40,408 bases of DNA from Oscillospiraceae bacterium (GCA_031271525.1 JAISVO010000041.1:1-40408); one strand, 5' to 3'; shown: positions 26,553-35,416, counted from the stretch's first letter. A program made the numbers and translations. Notes: generated by a model not told the origin, from the letters alone.

Positions 26553-28046
26553 CTACCGTTTCCGGAAGCCGCGCCAAGCGGTACGGAGCTTGTGGGTTAG
26601 GTTCCGAAAGCGCTCCAGCTTTGCGGCGCGCCCGGCCGCGGCTTCCGCCTTCCTGTGGTTCTCCGAAGACTGCGGGTCGCGGGAGAGGCGGACCGCTAAC
26701 TTGCGGAAGCAGCCGAACTGGGTCAGGTAAATAAGGTTATACCAGAAGTTGATGACGGGGTTTTGGTTGTCCCGCTTCCAATGGAAGGAATACTGCGCGT
26801 CCATATCCGCCGTGAGGAGGGACTCCATCTCGTCCGGCGGAACCAAGCCGCGCTCGACTGCCATAGCAACAATATCGGTGCCGGGCAGGAAGTTCAACCC
26901 GTGCATCTGCAACGAAAAGCCGCGCGGCATCGCGAGGCATAACTCAAATGTCTCCTTGATGCTGTCCTCCGTCTCAAACGGGTGCCGGAGCATCAGGTCG
27001 TAAATCACATGCGGGACGCGGCAGTCCTTTAGCGTTCTTGCCGCCTGTAAAATCGCTTCCTGCGACTCGGGGCGGTGGAAGACATCCTTCCGGATTGACG
27101 GCGAGCCGCTCTGGATCCCCATCACCACTTGGTACAGGCCCGCCTTGCGGAGCTTTTGGATCGTCTGCCGGTTCGTCTTCAGCGGGTGGCCCCAGATTTC
27201 AAAGGGGAGGTTGATTTCCCGCTTATACCGTTCCGCGAACCGGTCTACCCATGCCGGGTCGTCCGAGAAAATCTCGTCCCAAAAGTGGATAAACAGGAGT
27301 TTCTTCATCGAGCTTTTCGCGGCGCGAAGCTCCTCGATCACTTTGTCCGGGTCGCGGAAGCGGACGACGGGACCCAAACCCTTATACAGCCGATTGATAT
27401 TGACCGAGCAGCAATAGGAGCAGGCGTACGGGCAACCGCGTCCCGCCCCCGTCTCGTAGCTGTAGGACGAGAGCTGCGGGTCGCCGGGGGTCAGCGTGTC
27501 GTTCTCGATCAGCGCTTTGTTGACGCCGCCTATATCGGGCAAGCCGAAGCGGTCGAGGTCGGTCGCAAGGGGCCGGAGGGGGTTTTCAACCAGCTTGCCA
27601 TCCCGCATAAACGACAGGTTTTGAATGCCGTCAACAGGGGACCCGCCCTCCAGCGCGGCAACCAGTTCGGCAACCGCCTCCTCGCCCTCCCCCCGGAGGG
27701 CGTAGTCGCAGCGCTTCAGGCTCTCGCCGGGGAACATCGTGACGTACGCGCCGCCCCACGCCAGCGGTATGCTCGGGAAATGCGTCCGGAGAGTCAGGCT
27801 GACGGCGTCCACCGTCTCCATATACAGCGACGCCATGACGCTCAGCCCAATCAGCCCGGGGTTGAACGCGCCCACTTCGTTGCAGAGCAAGGCGAGCTCC
27901 TTCGCGCTCGCGCCCTTCGGGCGGACGCTGTTGAAGCGTTTGAAGAAGAGGATGCGCACCTCGTGCCCGGCCGATTGCAGGGAGCGTTCGAGGTAACGCA
28001 AGCCCAGCGCTTTGGGGTTATAGAAGCCGATCAATAAAACTCTCAT
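26553..28046 (-). CDS. B12-binding domain-containing radical SAM protein (class B)
   Basis: 497 aa. The N-terminus is a Rossmann-like cobalamin-binding region (MRVLLIGFYNPKALGLRYLERSLQSAGHEV...GLSVM). The radical SAM cluster motif is GRGCPYACSYCCS (CxxxCxxC). The AAAGGGA SD overlaps the upstream stop. Confidence 0.85.
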   Translation of the reverse strand: MRVLLIGFYNPKALGLRYLERSLQSAGHEVRILFFKRFNSVRPKGASAKELALLCNEVGAFNPGLIGLSVMASLYMETVDAVSLTLRTHFPSIPLAWGGAYVTMFPGESLKRCDYALRGEGEEAVAELVAALEGGSPVDGIQNLSFMRDGKLVENPLRPLATDLDRFGLPDIGGVNKALIENDTLTPGDPQLSSYSYETGAGRGCPYACSYCCSVNINRLYKGLGPVVRFRDPDKVIEELRAAKSSMKKLLFIHFWDEIFSDDPAWVDRFAERYKREINLPFEIWGHPLKTNRQTIQKLRKAGLYQVVMGIQSGSPSIRKDVFHRPESQEAILQAARTLKDCRVPHVIYDLMLRHPFETEDSIKETFELCLAMPRGFSLQMHGLNFLPGTDIVAMAVERGLVPPDEMESLLTADMDAQYSFHWKRDNQNPVINFWYNLIYLTQFGCFRKLAVRLSRDPQSSENHRKAEAAAGRAAKLERFRNLTHKLRTAWRGFRKR

Positions 28047-28054
28047 ATGTCCCT

Positions 28055-28912
28055 TTAGTTTGCGCCCGGCAAGGTGAAAATATCCGCAATCTCCTCGAGG
28101 GGGATATCAATCCGCACAATTCCGGTGGAATAGGAACCGAGGGTGTACTCGTGGTACAGGAGGGTGATCCCCTTCTCGGAGACACAGAAGACATCGTAGG
28201 GGAAGACCTCCGCCGCCAGTTCCTTCGCATTGTCCCAATACTGGTCGGGGTGCTCGTCGATCACCCGGTTCACATTTTGGAGGAGGCGGGCAGTGTATGT
28301 ATCCCGATCGACGCTGAAGAAATCGTCCAGAGAGAGAAGCTCCCCCGTGACGGCGGAGAAGGTTTCGCAGAGGAGATCGGTCATCCCGTGCGCACCGCCG
28401 GTGTTGGTGTAGACCGTGCGGGAGACGCTGAGGACGCCGCCGGCGTTGCACTCCACAAAATAATCGGCGACACACTGGTAGACCGAGGCGTCCAGCGCGG
28501 CGGTTTCGGACAGCTCGCCGCACATCCTTTCGAAATCGTCCCGGCAGCGGGCATAGTAGCCGTCAATGTCGGGGTTCCCCGTCTGCGGGTAAGCGCCGTA
28601 AGCCTGCAGGCACACAGTCTCGCCGTCGGTGAAGTCGTTCTCATACAGCAACGTTTCCACGGCGAGGCCGTTGGGAACCCACTCGGGAAGCTCCGCCGAC
28701 GGGAGCGCGGGAATCTCGGACGGGCTGGGGAAAACCGGCGAGGGGATCGCGGGGGGTTCATCCGGCGAGGGGTCAGCCGGCAGATACGGCTCGGCGTCGC
28801 TCACCTCGGGCGGTTCGGGGAAATCAATCGTCGGCGTCGGGAACCCCGATACATCCACGCAGCCGGTCAGCAAAAAAGCCAACAGGATCAACGCCCATCT
28901 AAATTCCTTCAA
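28055..28912 (-). CDS. Lipoprotein with Pro/Ser/Thr-rich tether and DUF4163/DUF3298-like domain
   Basis: I propose the start at TTG 28912, 6 nt after GGAGGG. This gives the signal peptide MKEFRWALILLAFLLTGC (lipobox LTGC). A tether of about 50 aa rich in P/S/T/E follows. The C-terminal region has SVSRTVYTNTGGAHGMTD and LLYHEYTLGSYSTGIVRIDIP, typical of DUF3298 (RsiV/PdaC-type) folds. Confidence 0.75.
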   Translation of the reverse strand: MKEFRWALILLAFLLTGCVDVSGFPTPTIDFPEPPEVSDAEPYLPADPSPDEPPAIPSPVFPSPSEIPALPSAELPEWVPNGLAVETLLYENDFTDGETVCLQAYGAYPQTGNPDIDGYYARCRDDFERMCGELSETAALDASVYQCVADYFVECNAGGVLSVSRTVYTNTGGAHGMTDLLCETFSAVTGELLSLDDFFSVDRDTYTARLLQNVNRVIDEHPDQYWDNAKELAAEVFPYDVFCVSEKGITLLYHEYTLGSYSTGIVRIDIPLEEIADIFTLPGAN

Positions 28913-29669
28913 ACCGAACCCTCCTTTGTTCATATGCCGCGACAAACCGGAACCCGACATCCCGCAAAAGCTCGAACCCTTCCGCGACGCCGCGCCCCAC
29001 ATCCGCCGCGCGGTGCCCGTCCGACCCCACAGTGACGATCTCGCCGCCGCACTCCCGCCAGAGGGCGAGGATCTCCTTAAAGGGCAGTTTTTTTTGGCCG
29101 CTCATGTTCAGCTCGATCCCCTTCCCGGCGTCCCGGAGGAGCCTGAAGACGTTCCGTAATTCGTCCCCGTAGCGGGGGAGGAGGGTCTTCACCGGAAGGG
29201 CGGTGTAACGGAGCGGATAGTTCAGATGCCCCAAGACATCGAACTTCCCCCAAGCGATCAGCTCGGGCAGCTCGGCAAAGTATCGCGCCAGAGCCTGATG
29301 CAGCTCGTCCTCGGTTTCGCACTTCAGGTGGTAAAAATCTCTCTCGCCCTTCAGGGCGTGGTAGGAGCCGATGATGAAGTCATAGGGAACGGCGCTCACG
29401 GCTTCCTCCGCTTCCGTGAGGTCGTGGGTCGCTTCGCCCAGTTCGATACCGAGCAGGAGCTTTACGTCGGTTTTGTTCATTGCGCGTTCGGTCAGGAACG
29501 CGTCATAACGTTCTTGCGTTAAAAAAGGTCTGCCGCTCAGGATATCGCGGTGGTCGGTGACGCACAGCTCGGTTAATCCCGTGCCCCGCGCGGCCTCAAG
29601 CATAGCCGGGAAACCGTCCCGCCCGTCCGGTGAGAAGGTACTGTGGGTGTGATAGTCCGCCAGAAACAT
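28899..29669 (-). CDS. PHP-family phosphoesterase (HisJ-type histidinol-phosphatase family)
   Basis: MFLADYHTHSTFSPDG...CVTDH...IGSYH...LGHLNYP...VTVGSDGH are the PHP metal-binding motifs. I moved the start to ATG 29669. The 136-codon extension in ORF 28899-30077 is Arg/Pro-rich and overlaps the GT39 gene. Confidence 0.82.
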   Translation of the reverse strand: MFLADYHTHSTFSPDGRDGFPAMLEAARGTGLTELCVTDHRDILSGRPFLTQERYDAFLTERAMNKTDVKLLLGIELGEATHDLTEAEEAVSAVPYDFIIGSYHALKGERDFYHLKCETEDELHQALARYFAELPELIAWGKFDVLGHLNYPLRYTALPVKTLLPRYGDELRNVFRLLRDAGKGIELNMSGQKKLPFKEILALWRECGGEIVTVGSDGHRAADVGRGVAEGFELLRDVGFRFVAAYEQRRVRFEGI

Positions 29670-29713
29670 TCCATACCGCCATTCGTGCAGGGCGAACAGC
29701 GTCCGCCCGTTGT

Positions 29714-31768
29714 TTACATGAGCCAGTTTTGCTGGGAGAGCCATCTCAGCAGATGCGTCGGGTACCATGTCGGGACCTGTATCCCGGTGAGGGAGGGATA
29801 GAACAGGACGAAGAGGAAGACCGCGACTGCGGTGAAGAGGATCATCTGGAAGCGCCCCTTCCGGGGCTCCCGCTCGGTCATTCGGTGGAAGACGTAAGCG
29901 ACCGCGAGGCAGACAAAGATCATCGAGGGGAAGTAATGGTAGGGGAAGGTGATCCGGCTGATCGGGATCCACGGGACGAGCTGGGAGAGGTAACCCACCA
30001 GAATAAAGACTGCCGCGCTGCTGAGCCGCTTGACAGCGCCGACGGCACAGGCGGCGAGAGCGCCGAGCCCCGCCCAAGTGACCAGCGGGTTGGTAAACGC
30101 CCAGAGGGAGCCGCGGGTTTGGTCCGCCTCGATCGGGTTCCAGTAGTAGAGGATCGGCTTCCAGTCAACCAGCCATTCATACCAGCGCGCCGCGTAGTTG
30201 TGTTCGGCTTCCAGTCCGGAATGGTAGCGGAACATGTGAATCTGATTGTAGTAGAACTCGTTCCATACGGCTTTCAGCCACGCGCCGGCTTTCCCGAAGA
30301 AGTCGCCGGTCAGCGAGCTTAATCCGTAGGTGCCGTTCGCCGATGCATAGGGGAAATAGCACGCGACATAGACAACCCCGGGGATCAGGATGAAACCGGC
30401 AAACGACAGCAAAAGCGTTTGGAGGAGGTAGGGCAGGAAGGAACGCCCCAGCAATCGGTAGTGCTTCGCACGGTTCCAGAGACAGAGTGTATAGAGGACG
30501 AGCAACCCCCCGCCGGCGTAGACGCAGACCCATTTCGCGGCCGCGCCGACTCCGAACGAAATGCCCGCGAGGAGGAGGGAGGGCGCCGACTTCCAAAAGG
30601 GTGTGTCGTAGCCGCTTGTGATATAGCGGAACATAAAGAGATACATACAGAGGATGAAAAAGACCGCGTAGACGTCGATCGTCGAGATGCGAGTCTGGAC
30701 GAAATGCATGAAATCGAAGGTGAAGAGGAGGGTGCCGCAGACCGCCACGGAGGTCTTGCTGAACAGCCACTTGAGGAGGATGAAGATCAGGGGCACCATA
30801 AAAACACCGAACAGGGCGGGCATAAACCGCCAGCCGAACGGGGTCATACCGAAGATCGCGATGCCGCTTGCGGTGATCAGTTTCCCAAGCGGCGGGTGGG
30901 TCTGCTCGTACGCCGGGACGTTCCGCAGGTGCTCGTATGCCGTCCGGGCGTGGTAGATCTCGTCAAAATGGGTGGAGTTCATCACGTCATACCGCTCGGG
31001 TACGACGTCCTGCTCGTCAAACAGCTCCGCCGCGTCTTCCGGGTAGATAAGGTCCTCCGCCGTCAGGATTTTCTCCTCATACAGCGGGACATCGAGGACA
31101 TCGGGGTTCGGGATGCGCTCCCCCCGGACGGCAATCGAAATTTCGCCAAGCTCCAGCGGTTGATTGACATTCCCCACCCGGAGCGCCGTGATCCGGAGGT
31201 AGCGGGCGAGCTGGTTTGGGAGCAGATTTGCCTTGAGCCAACGGAACGTCTCGGAGTATTCCTGTGTCAGGCCGCTCATCCGGGTGGTGGTCGTCTCGCC
31301 GTCCTTTTGCTCGGTGCGCTCGCCATACTGCTCCGCCCAGTGGACACCGTCGGTGGAGGTCTCCAAGCTGTACGCCTTCCGGGACGCGCCGTGGTATAGC
31401 CCGGAGTAATAGAAGATCCGCTCGATCACCGCCGGTTCCTTCAGCTCGACGACAACTCCTTCGCCGCCCCGCTCAAAGGCGCGAAAGGACTGGGGGGCTT
31501 TGGTGTCGCCCAGATAGAGGAAGGTCGTCACGGCGTAGACGGCAGTGATGATCAGGATTGGCAGCGCGTCGGCACGGGTCAGGCGTCCGGCGCGTTTCAG
31601 CTCAAAGACGGGCTTCTTCCGGCGCTCCACCCACTCCAAGGTGTGGTCCCGCAGGCGTTCCATACGGTAATAACGATAAAAGAAATAGCAAAGGTAACCG
31701 ACCGCCGCCAAGGCAATCAGCCGAGGAGCGATCATCCAAAGCGGGATCGAGGCCAGCCAACTGCCCAA
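29714..31768 (-). CDS. GT-C family 39 (PMT-like) polyprenyl-phosphate-dependent glycosyltransferase with inserted discoidin-like module
   Basis: 684 aa. TTG start 5 nt after GGAGGTG. It carries the PMT loop-1 signature HFDEIYHARTAYEHL...THPPLGKLI and at least 10 hydrophobic segments. An insert at about residues 92-216 shows an F5/8-type-C-like pattern (VVVELKEPAVIERIFYY...YSLETSTDGVHW...ARYLRITA...LELGEISI). Confidence 0.85.
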   Translation of the reverse strand: MGSWLASIPLWMIAPRLIALAAVGYLCYFFYRYYRMERLRDHTLEWVERRKKPVFELKRAGRLTRADALPILIITAVYAVTTFLYLGDTKAPQSFRAFERGGEGVVVELKEPAVIERIFYYSGLYHGASRKAYSLETSTDGVHWAEQYGERTEQKDGETTTTRMSGLTQEYSETFRWLKANLLPNQLARYLRITALRVGNVNQPLELGEISIAVRGERIPNPDVLDVPLYEEKILTAEDLIYPEDAAELFDEQDVVPERYDVMNSTHFDEIYHARTAYEHLRNVPAYEQTHPPLGKLITASGIAIFGMTPFGWRFMPALFGVFMVPLIFILLKWLFSKTSVAVCGTLLFTFDFMHFVQTRISTIDVYAVFFILCMYLFMFRYITSGYDTPFWKSAPSLLLAGISFGVGAAAKWVCVYAGGGLLVLYTLCLWNRAKHYRLLGRSFLPYLLQTLLLSFAGFILIPGVVYVACYFPYASANGTYGLSSLTGDFFGKAGAWLKAVWNEFYYNQIHMFRYHSGLEAEHNYAARWYEWLVDWKPILYYWNPIEADQTRGSLWAFTNPLVTWAGLGALAACAVGAVKRLSSAAVFILVGYLSQLVPWIPISRITFPYHYFPSMIFVCLAVAYVFHRMTEREPRKGRFQMILFTAVAVFLFVLFYPSLTGIQVPTWYPTHLLRWLSQQNWLM

Positions 31769-31831
31769 GAAAGCACCTCCGATGTGCAGGGGTCGCCGTT
31801 CCCGGCGACCCGCAGCATTTGATTTATCGTG

Positions 31832-33070
31832 TTATATCCATCCGAGCACGCGTCCCACCGACAGCAGGAACCCGGCGGCGACCGCTGAACCGATGACGCC
31901 CGCCACGTTCGGACCCATCGCGTGCATCAGGAGGTAGTTGCTCGGATTGTACTTCGCGCCGACATTCTGCGAGACGCGCGCCGCCATCGGGACCGCCGAG
32001 ACGCCCGCCGAGCCGATCAGCGGATTGACCTTGCCGCCGGTGACGGCGTACATGAGCTTGCCGAAGATGACGCCGCCTGCGGTGGAGAAGCTGAACGCCA
32101 GCAAGCCCAGCAGGATGATCAGGATGGTGGAGGTCGAGAGGAAGCCCACGTTGATCACTTCGCCGGTGGCCTTGTCGGTGCCGGCGATGTAGCCGACGCT
32201 GGTGGCGCCCACAGTGACGCTCAGGAAGATGGTGACGATATTTAGAAGGTTGTTCTGCGCCGTGTCGCTTAGGCGGTCTACCACGCCGGATTCACGGAAG
32301 AGGTTTCCCAGCATGAAGCAGCCGATCAGCGGGGCGACATCGGGCAGCAGCAGGACGCAGAAAACGGTGACCGCGATGGGGAAGATAATCTTGGTGGTCT
32401 TGTTCACCGGCTTCGCCTGTGTCATCACCGTCTCGCGCTCTTTCTTGGTGGTGAGCGCTTTCATAATCGGCGGCTGGATCAGCGGGATCAGCGCCATATA
32501 GCTGTAGGCCGCCACCGCGATGGGGCCGAGCAGATGGGGCGCTAAGAAGGAGGTGAGGAAGATCGCGGTCGGGCCATCCGCGCCGCCGATGATGCCGATC
32601 GACGCCGCCTCATGCCCGCCGAAACCGAAGACTATCGCTAAAATGAACGCGCAGTAGACGCCGAGCTGGGCCGCCGCGCCGAGGATCATCGAGGAGGGGC
32701 GGGCGAGCATCGGGCCGAAGTCGGTCATCGCGCCGATCCCCATGAAGATTAAGCAGGGATAGAGGTTCAGCTTGACGCCGAGGTAGAGGACGTCGAGGAT
32801 ACCGCCCTCATGCAGGATCTGCGAGAAGCTGATCTCGCTCAGGCTCTTGCCCGAGAAGAACTCCATGTGCATCATCCCGCTCATCGGGAGGTTCGCCAGC
32901 AGCATTCCGAAGGCGATTCCCATCAAAAGGAGCGGCTCGAACCCACGCACAATGGCGAGGTAGAGGAGTACGCACGCGATGACGATCATCACGGCGTTCT
33001 CCCAGTGGGTAAAGATCTGGTTGAACCCCGAAGTGTTCCATAAGGTCCGGATGATTTCACCGATATTCAT
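31832..33070 (-). CDS. oadB: Na+-translocating decarboxylase beta subunit (OadB/GcdB/MmdB family)
   Basis: 412 aa polytopic membrane protein. MNIGEIIRTLWNTSGF...FEPLLLMGIAFGMLLANLP...; family-typical GADGPTAIF and SAGVSAVPMAARV motifs. Confidence 0.9.
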   Translation of the reverse strand: MNIGEIIRTLWNTSGFNQIFTHWENAVMIVIACVLLYLAIVRGFEPLLLMGIAFGMLLANLPMSGMMHMEFFSGKSLSEISFSQILHEGGILDVLYLGVKLNLYPCLIFMGIGAMTDFGPMLARPSSMILGAAAQLGVYCAFILAIVFGFGGHEAASIGIIGGADGPTAIFLTSFLAPHLLGPIAVAAYSYMALIPLIQPPIMKALTTKKERETVMTQAKPVNKTTKIIFPIAVTVFCVLLLPDVAPLIGCFMLGNLFRESGVVDRLSDTAQNNLLNIVTIFLSVTVGATSVGYIAGTDKATGEVINVGFLSTSTILIILLGLLAFSFSTAGGVIFGKLMYAVTGGKVNPLIGSAGVSAVPMAARVSQNVGAKYNPSNYLLMHAMGPNVAGVIGSAVAAGFLLSVGRVLGWI

Positions 33071-33082
33071 CGTCCGTCCCCC

Positions 33083-33487
33083 TTACTTCAGCGTGAGCAG
33101 GGGCGCGCCGGTCTCCACCACCGAGCCTTTGGAGGTGACAACCTGCGCGACGACGCCGTCACGCGGGGCAAGGACCTCGTTCTCCATCTTCATCGCTTCG
33201 ATGATCAGCAGAACCTGACCCTTCGTCACCGTGTCCCCCGCCGCGACCTTAACCGCGAGGATGTTGCCGGGGAGCGGGGAGGCGATGACTTCTTCCCCGG
33301 CCGCCGGCGCTGCGGCTGCGGGAGCGGCAGGCGCAGCGGCAACGGGCGCGGCAACCGGTGCCGCAGGGACAGGTGCGGCGACAGGCGCCGCCGCGACGGG
33401 GGCGTCGGCGACGCTGACCAGAATGGCTTCGCCCTGCTCGACCTCGACTTCGTAAACCTTTTGGTTCAGTGTGATCTTGTATTTCAT
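33083..33487 (-). CDS. Biotin carboxyl carrier (biotinyl-domain) subunit
   Basis: Start at ATG 33487 (MKYKITLNQKVYEVEV) after GGAGGAG. It has an Ala/Pro linker and the biotinylation motif IEAMKMENEV. 134 aa. Confidence 0.88.
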   Translation of the reverse strand: MKYKITLNQKVYEVEVEQGEAILVSVADAPVAAAPVAAPVPAAPVAAPVAAAPAAPAAAAPAAGEEVIASPLPGNILAVKVAAGDTVTKGQVLLIIEAMKMENEVLAPRDGVVAQVVTSKGSVVETGAPLLTLK

Positions 33488-33500
33488 AAGATTGCTCCTC

Positions 33501-33884
33501 CTATTTAACTTCACGGATCGAGATAAAGCGAAGGGTGTTCAGCGGGGCTTTCAGGTCATCCGCGACGATTGCCATCAGGAGCGCCGCGGTTTGGTCCTCC
33601 ACGGTATACAGGTCGATGTCGCCCTCCGAACCAACAGCCGGAACCATAGACCCTTTTCCGGCGACTGGGACAGGCGCCGCAGGAGCATTCCCGGCGGCCG
33701 GTGCCGCGAGGACGGGGGCTTGGGGTTGATTCTGCTTGTTACCGCCGGTAACCGCGTTGATCAGCTTGATGACGCCGATCAGCGCCATCAGCGCCAGAAA
33801 GACAACCGAAAAGCCGACTAAGCTCAGCAGGAACGCGTCGGGGATAGATACGTCGAACGGGGACGCCGCTGTGAGAAACAGCAT
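33501..33884 (-). CDS. oadG: OadG-family small membrane subunit of the decarboxylase
   Basis: N-terminal TM is LLSLVGFSVVFLALMALIGVIKLI, followed by an Ala/Pro linker and a C-terminal segment DQTAALLMAIVADDL. AGGAAGGAG SD. Its position between the alpha and biotin-carrier genes supports the call. Confidence 0.7.
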   Translation of the reverse strand: MLFLTAASPFDVSIPDAFLLSLVGFSVVFLALMALIGVIKLINAVTGGNKQNQPQAPVLAAPAAGNAPAAPVPVAGKGSMVPAVGSEGDIDLYTVEDQTAALLMAIVADDLKAPLNTLRFISIREVK

Positions 33885-33900
33885 ATAGAAACTCCTTCCT

Positions 33901-35277
33901 CTAAGCCTTTACGATGGAGTAACGGACGCGGTTGCGCTCACGCTCCTCCCGCTCGTCCGCGAATTTCTCAAAAACCTGCGGGAAGACGATGTAACTCAGC
34001 ACGTCTTCGTCGCTCCGCGCTTTGGCGCCGATCTCCTGCTTGCCCTTCTCGAACCCGGGGGCCAGCGTCTCGGCGAACCGCCCGGTGTAGGGCTTTTCAT
34101 CGCCCAAGACCTTTGTGATCAGGTCTTGGCTGACCTCGCCCGGAGGGGTGCCGTATTCGCCGCGCAGATAGGAGGTGACCTCCTTGGATACGTTCTTGTA
34201 CCGCTCGCCGACCAAAACATTGGTCGCCGCCTGAACGCCGACGATCTGGCTGGTGGGGGTGACGAGGGGCGGATAGCCCATGTCCTTTCGCACCCGGGGC
34301 GTCTCTTCCAGCACTTGCGGGAGCTTATCCATCGCGTTCGCCGCCTTGAGCTGGCTGATCAGGTTGCTGAGCATACCGCCGGGGATTTGGTAGTTCAGCG
34401 CGTCGGTGTCGGTCATCATCACCTTGGGGTCGAGGAGACCGTCTTTCACGTAGTCTGCCTGAATCGGGCGGAAATAGTCGTTGATGTTTTGGAGGACCGG
34501 ATAATCAATCCCGGTTTCGTACCCCAGCTGGTTCAGCGCGAAGGCGAGGGTTTCGGTCGCCGGTTGGCTGGTGCCGCCGGACATGCAGGAAATCGCGGTG
34601 TCGATGCCGTCCGCGCCCGCTTCGATCCCCTTCAGGTAGGTCATAAAAGCCAGACCGGTGGTGCTGTGGGTGTGGAGCTGGAGGGGGAGTTTGCAATTCT
34701 CTTTAATGGCTTTGACAAGGTCATAGCATTCCTTCGGGCTCATGATTCCAGCCATATCCTTAATACACAACTCGGTCGCGCCCATCTCCTCAATCCGCTT
34801 GATCAGCTGGACGTAGTTTTCAAGGGTATGAACCGGGCTGGTGGTGTAGGAGATCGCGACCTGCGCCGTGCCGCCGTGCTTAATCGTTTCCTTGACCGAG
34901 ACCTCAAGGTTCCGTAAATCGTTCAGCGCGTCAAAAATGCGGATGATGTCGATGCCGCTCTTAACCGAAAGCTCGACGAACTTGCGGACGACATCGTCGG
35001 GATAATGCTTGTAGCCCAGAAGGTTCTGCCCTCGCAGGAGCATTTGGAGCTTGGTGTTCTTCACCCGTCTGCGGATGTCGCGGAGACGCTGCCACGGGTC
35101 TTCCCCAAGATAGCGGAGGCAGGTGTCGAATGTCGCGCCGCCCCAACACTCCAGAGAGTAATACCCCGCCTTGTCCAGCGTTTCGAGGGCGCCTTCAAAC
35201 TTCGAATAGGGCAGCCGGGTCGCGATCAGGGATTGTCCCGCGTCCCGCAGGACGGTTTCGGTAAAGCGAACCTTCAT
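33901..35277 (-). CDS. oadA: Oxaloacetate decarboxylase alpha / pyruvate carboxylase subunit B-type carboxyltransferase (no biotinyl domain)
   Basis: MKVRFTETVLRDAGQSLIATRL...HTHSTTGLA...; HMGL-like TIM barrel plus a conserved C-terminal carboxyltransferase region. The start is uncertain: ATG 35277 is preferred, with ATG 35289 and 35307 as alternatives. Confidence 0.88.
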   Translation of the reverse strand: MKVRFTETVLRDAGQSLIATRLPYSKFEGALETLDKAGYYSLECWGGATFDTCLRYLGEDPWQRLRDIRRRVKNTKLQMLLRGQNLLGYKHYPDDVVRKFVELSVKSGIDIIRIFDALNDLRNLEVSVKETIKHGGTAQVAISYTTSPVHTLENYVQLIKRIEEMGATELCIKDMAGIMSPKECYDLVKAIKENCKLPLQLHTHSTTGLAFMTYLKGIEAGADGIDTAISCMSGGTSQPATETLAFALNQLGYETGIDYPVLQNINDYFRPIQADYVKDGLLDPKVMMTDTDALNYQIPGGMLSNLISQLKAANAMDKLPQVLEETPRVRKDMGYPPLVTPTSQIVGVQAATNVLVGERYKNVSKEVTSYLRGEYGTPPGEVSQDLITKVLGDEKPYTGRFAETLAPGFEKGKQEIGAKARSDEDVLSYIVFPQVFEKFADEREERERNRVRYSIVKA

Positions 35278-35387
35278 GGTCTCAACCATTCCTTTCCTGT
35301 CCGGCACCTGCCGGTAGATAAACTAGCGCATTCAAAATGAAGTATATCATACCCGGGGAGAAAAAGATAGATATAATTTCATAAATC

Positions 35388-35416
35388 TTGCGCGTTTTGG
35401 CGAGACGTGGTATACT
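35388..35416 (+). promoter_or_regulatory. Putative sigma-A-type promoter for birA
   Basis: TTGCGC (35388-35393), 17 nt, TGgTATACT (-10 at 35411-35416). The architecture matches the promoter at 12191. Confidence 0.5.

Noticed and set aside
26524-26730. 68-aa plus-strand ORF after the MerR fragment (possible MerR C-terminal continuation)
   Set aside because: It is in a different frame with no MerR-like sequence, it is Arg-rich, and it lies antisense to the 3' end of the radical SAM gene.
27129-29035. ORFs 27129-28037(+) and 28151-29035(+), about 300 aa each, antisense to the radical SAM and lipoprotein genes
   Set aside because: No motifs, Arg/Gly/Asp-rich, no SD. The minus-strand genes have a CxxxCxxC cluster, a lipobox and family motifs.
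30419-31399. 326-aa ORF antisense to the GT39 gene
   Set aside because: A highly charged Arg/Asp/Glu/Gly-rich shadow frame opposite a polytopic membrane protein with the PMT signature.
33290-33420. Repetitive GC-rich DNA (GCNGCNCCN-type periodicity)
   Set aside because: It encodes the Ala/Pro linker (APVAAAPVAAPVPAAPVAAPVAAAPAAPAAAAPAAG) of the biotin carrier protein. It is not a CRISPR array or a non-coding tandem repeat.
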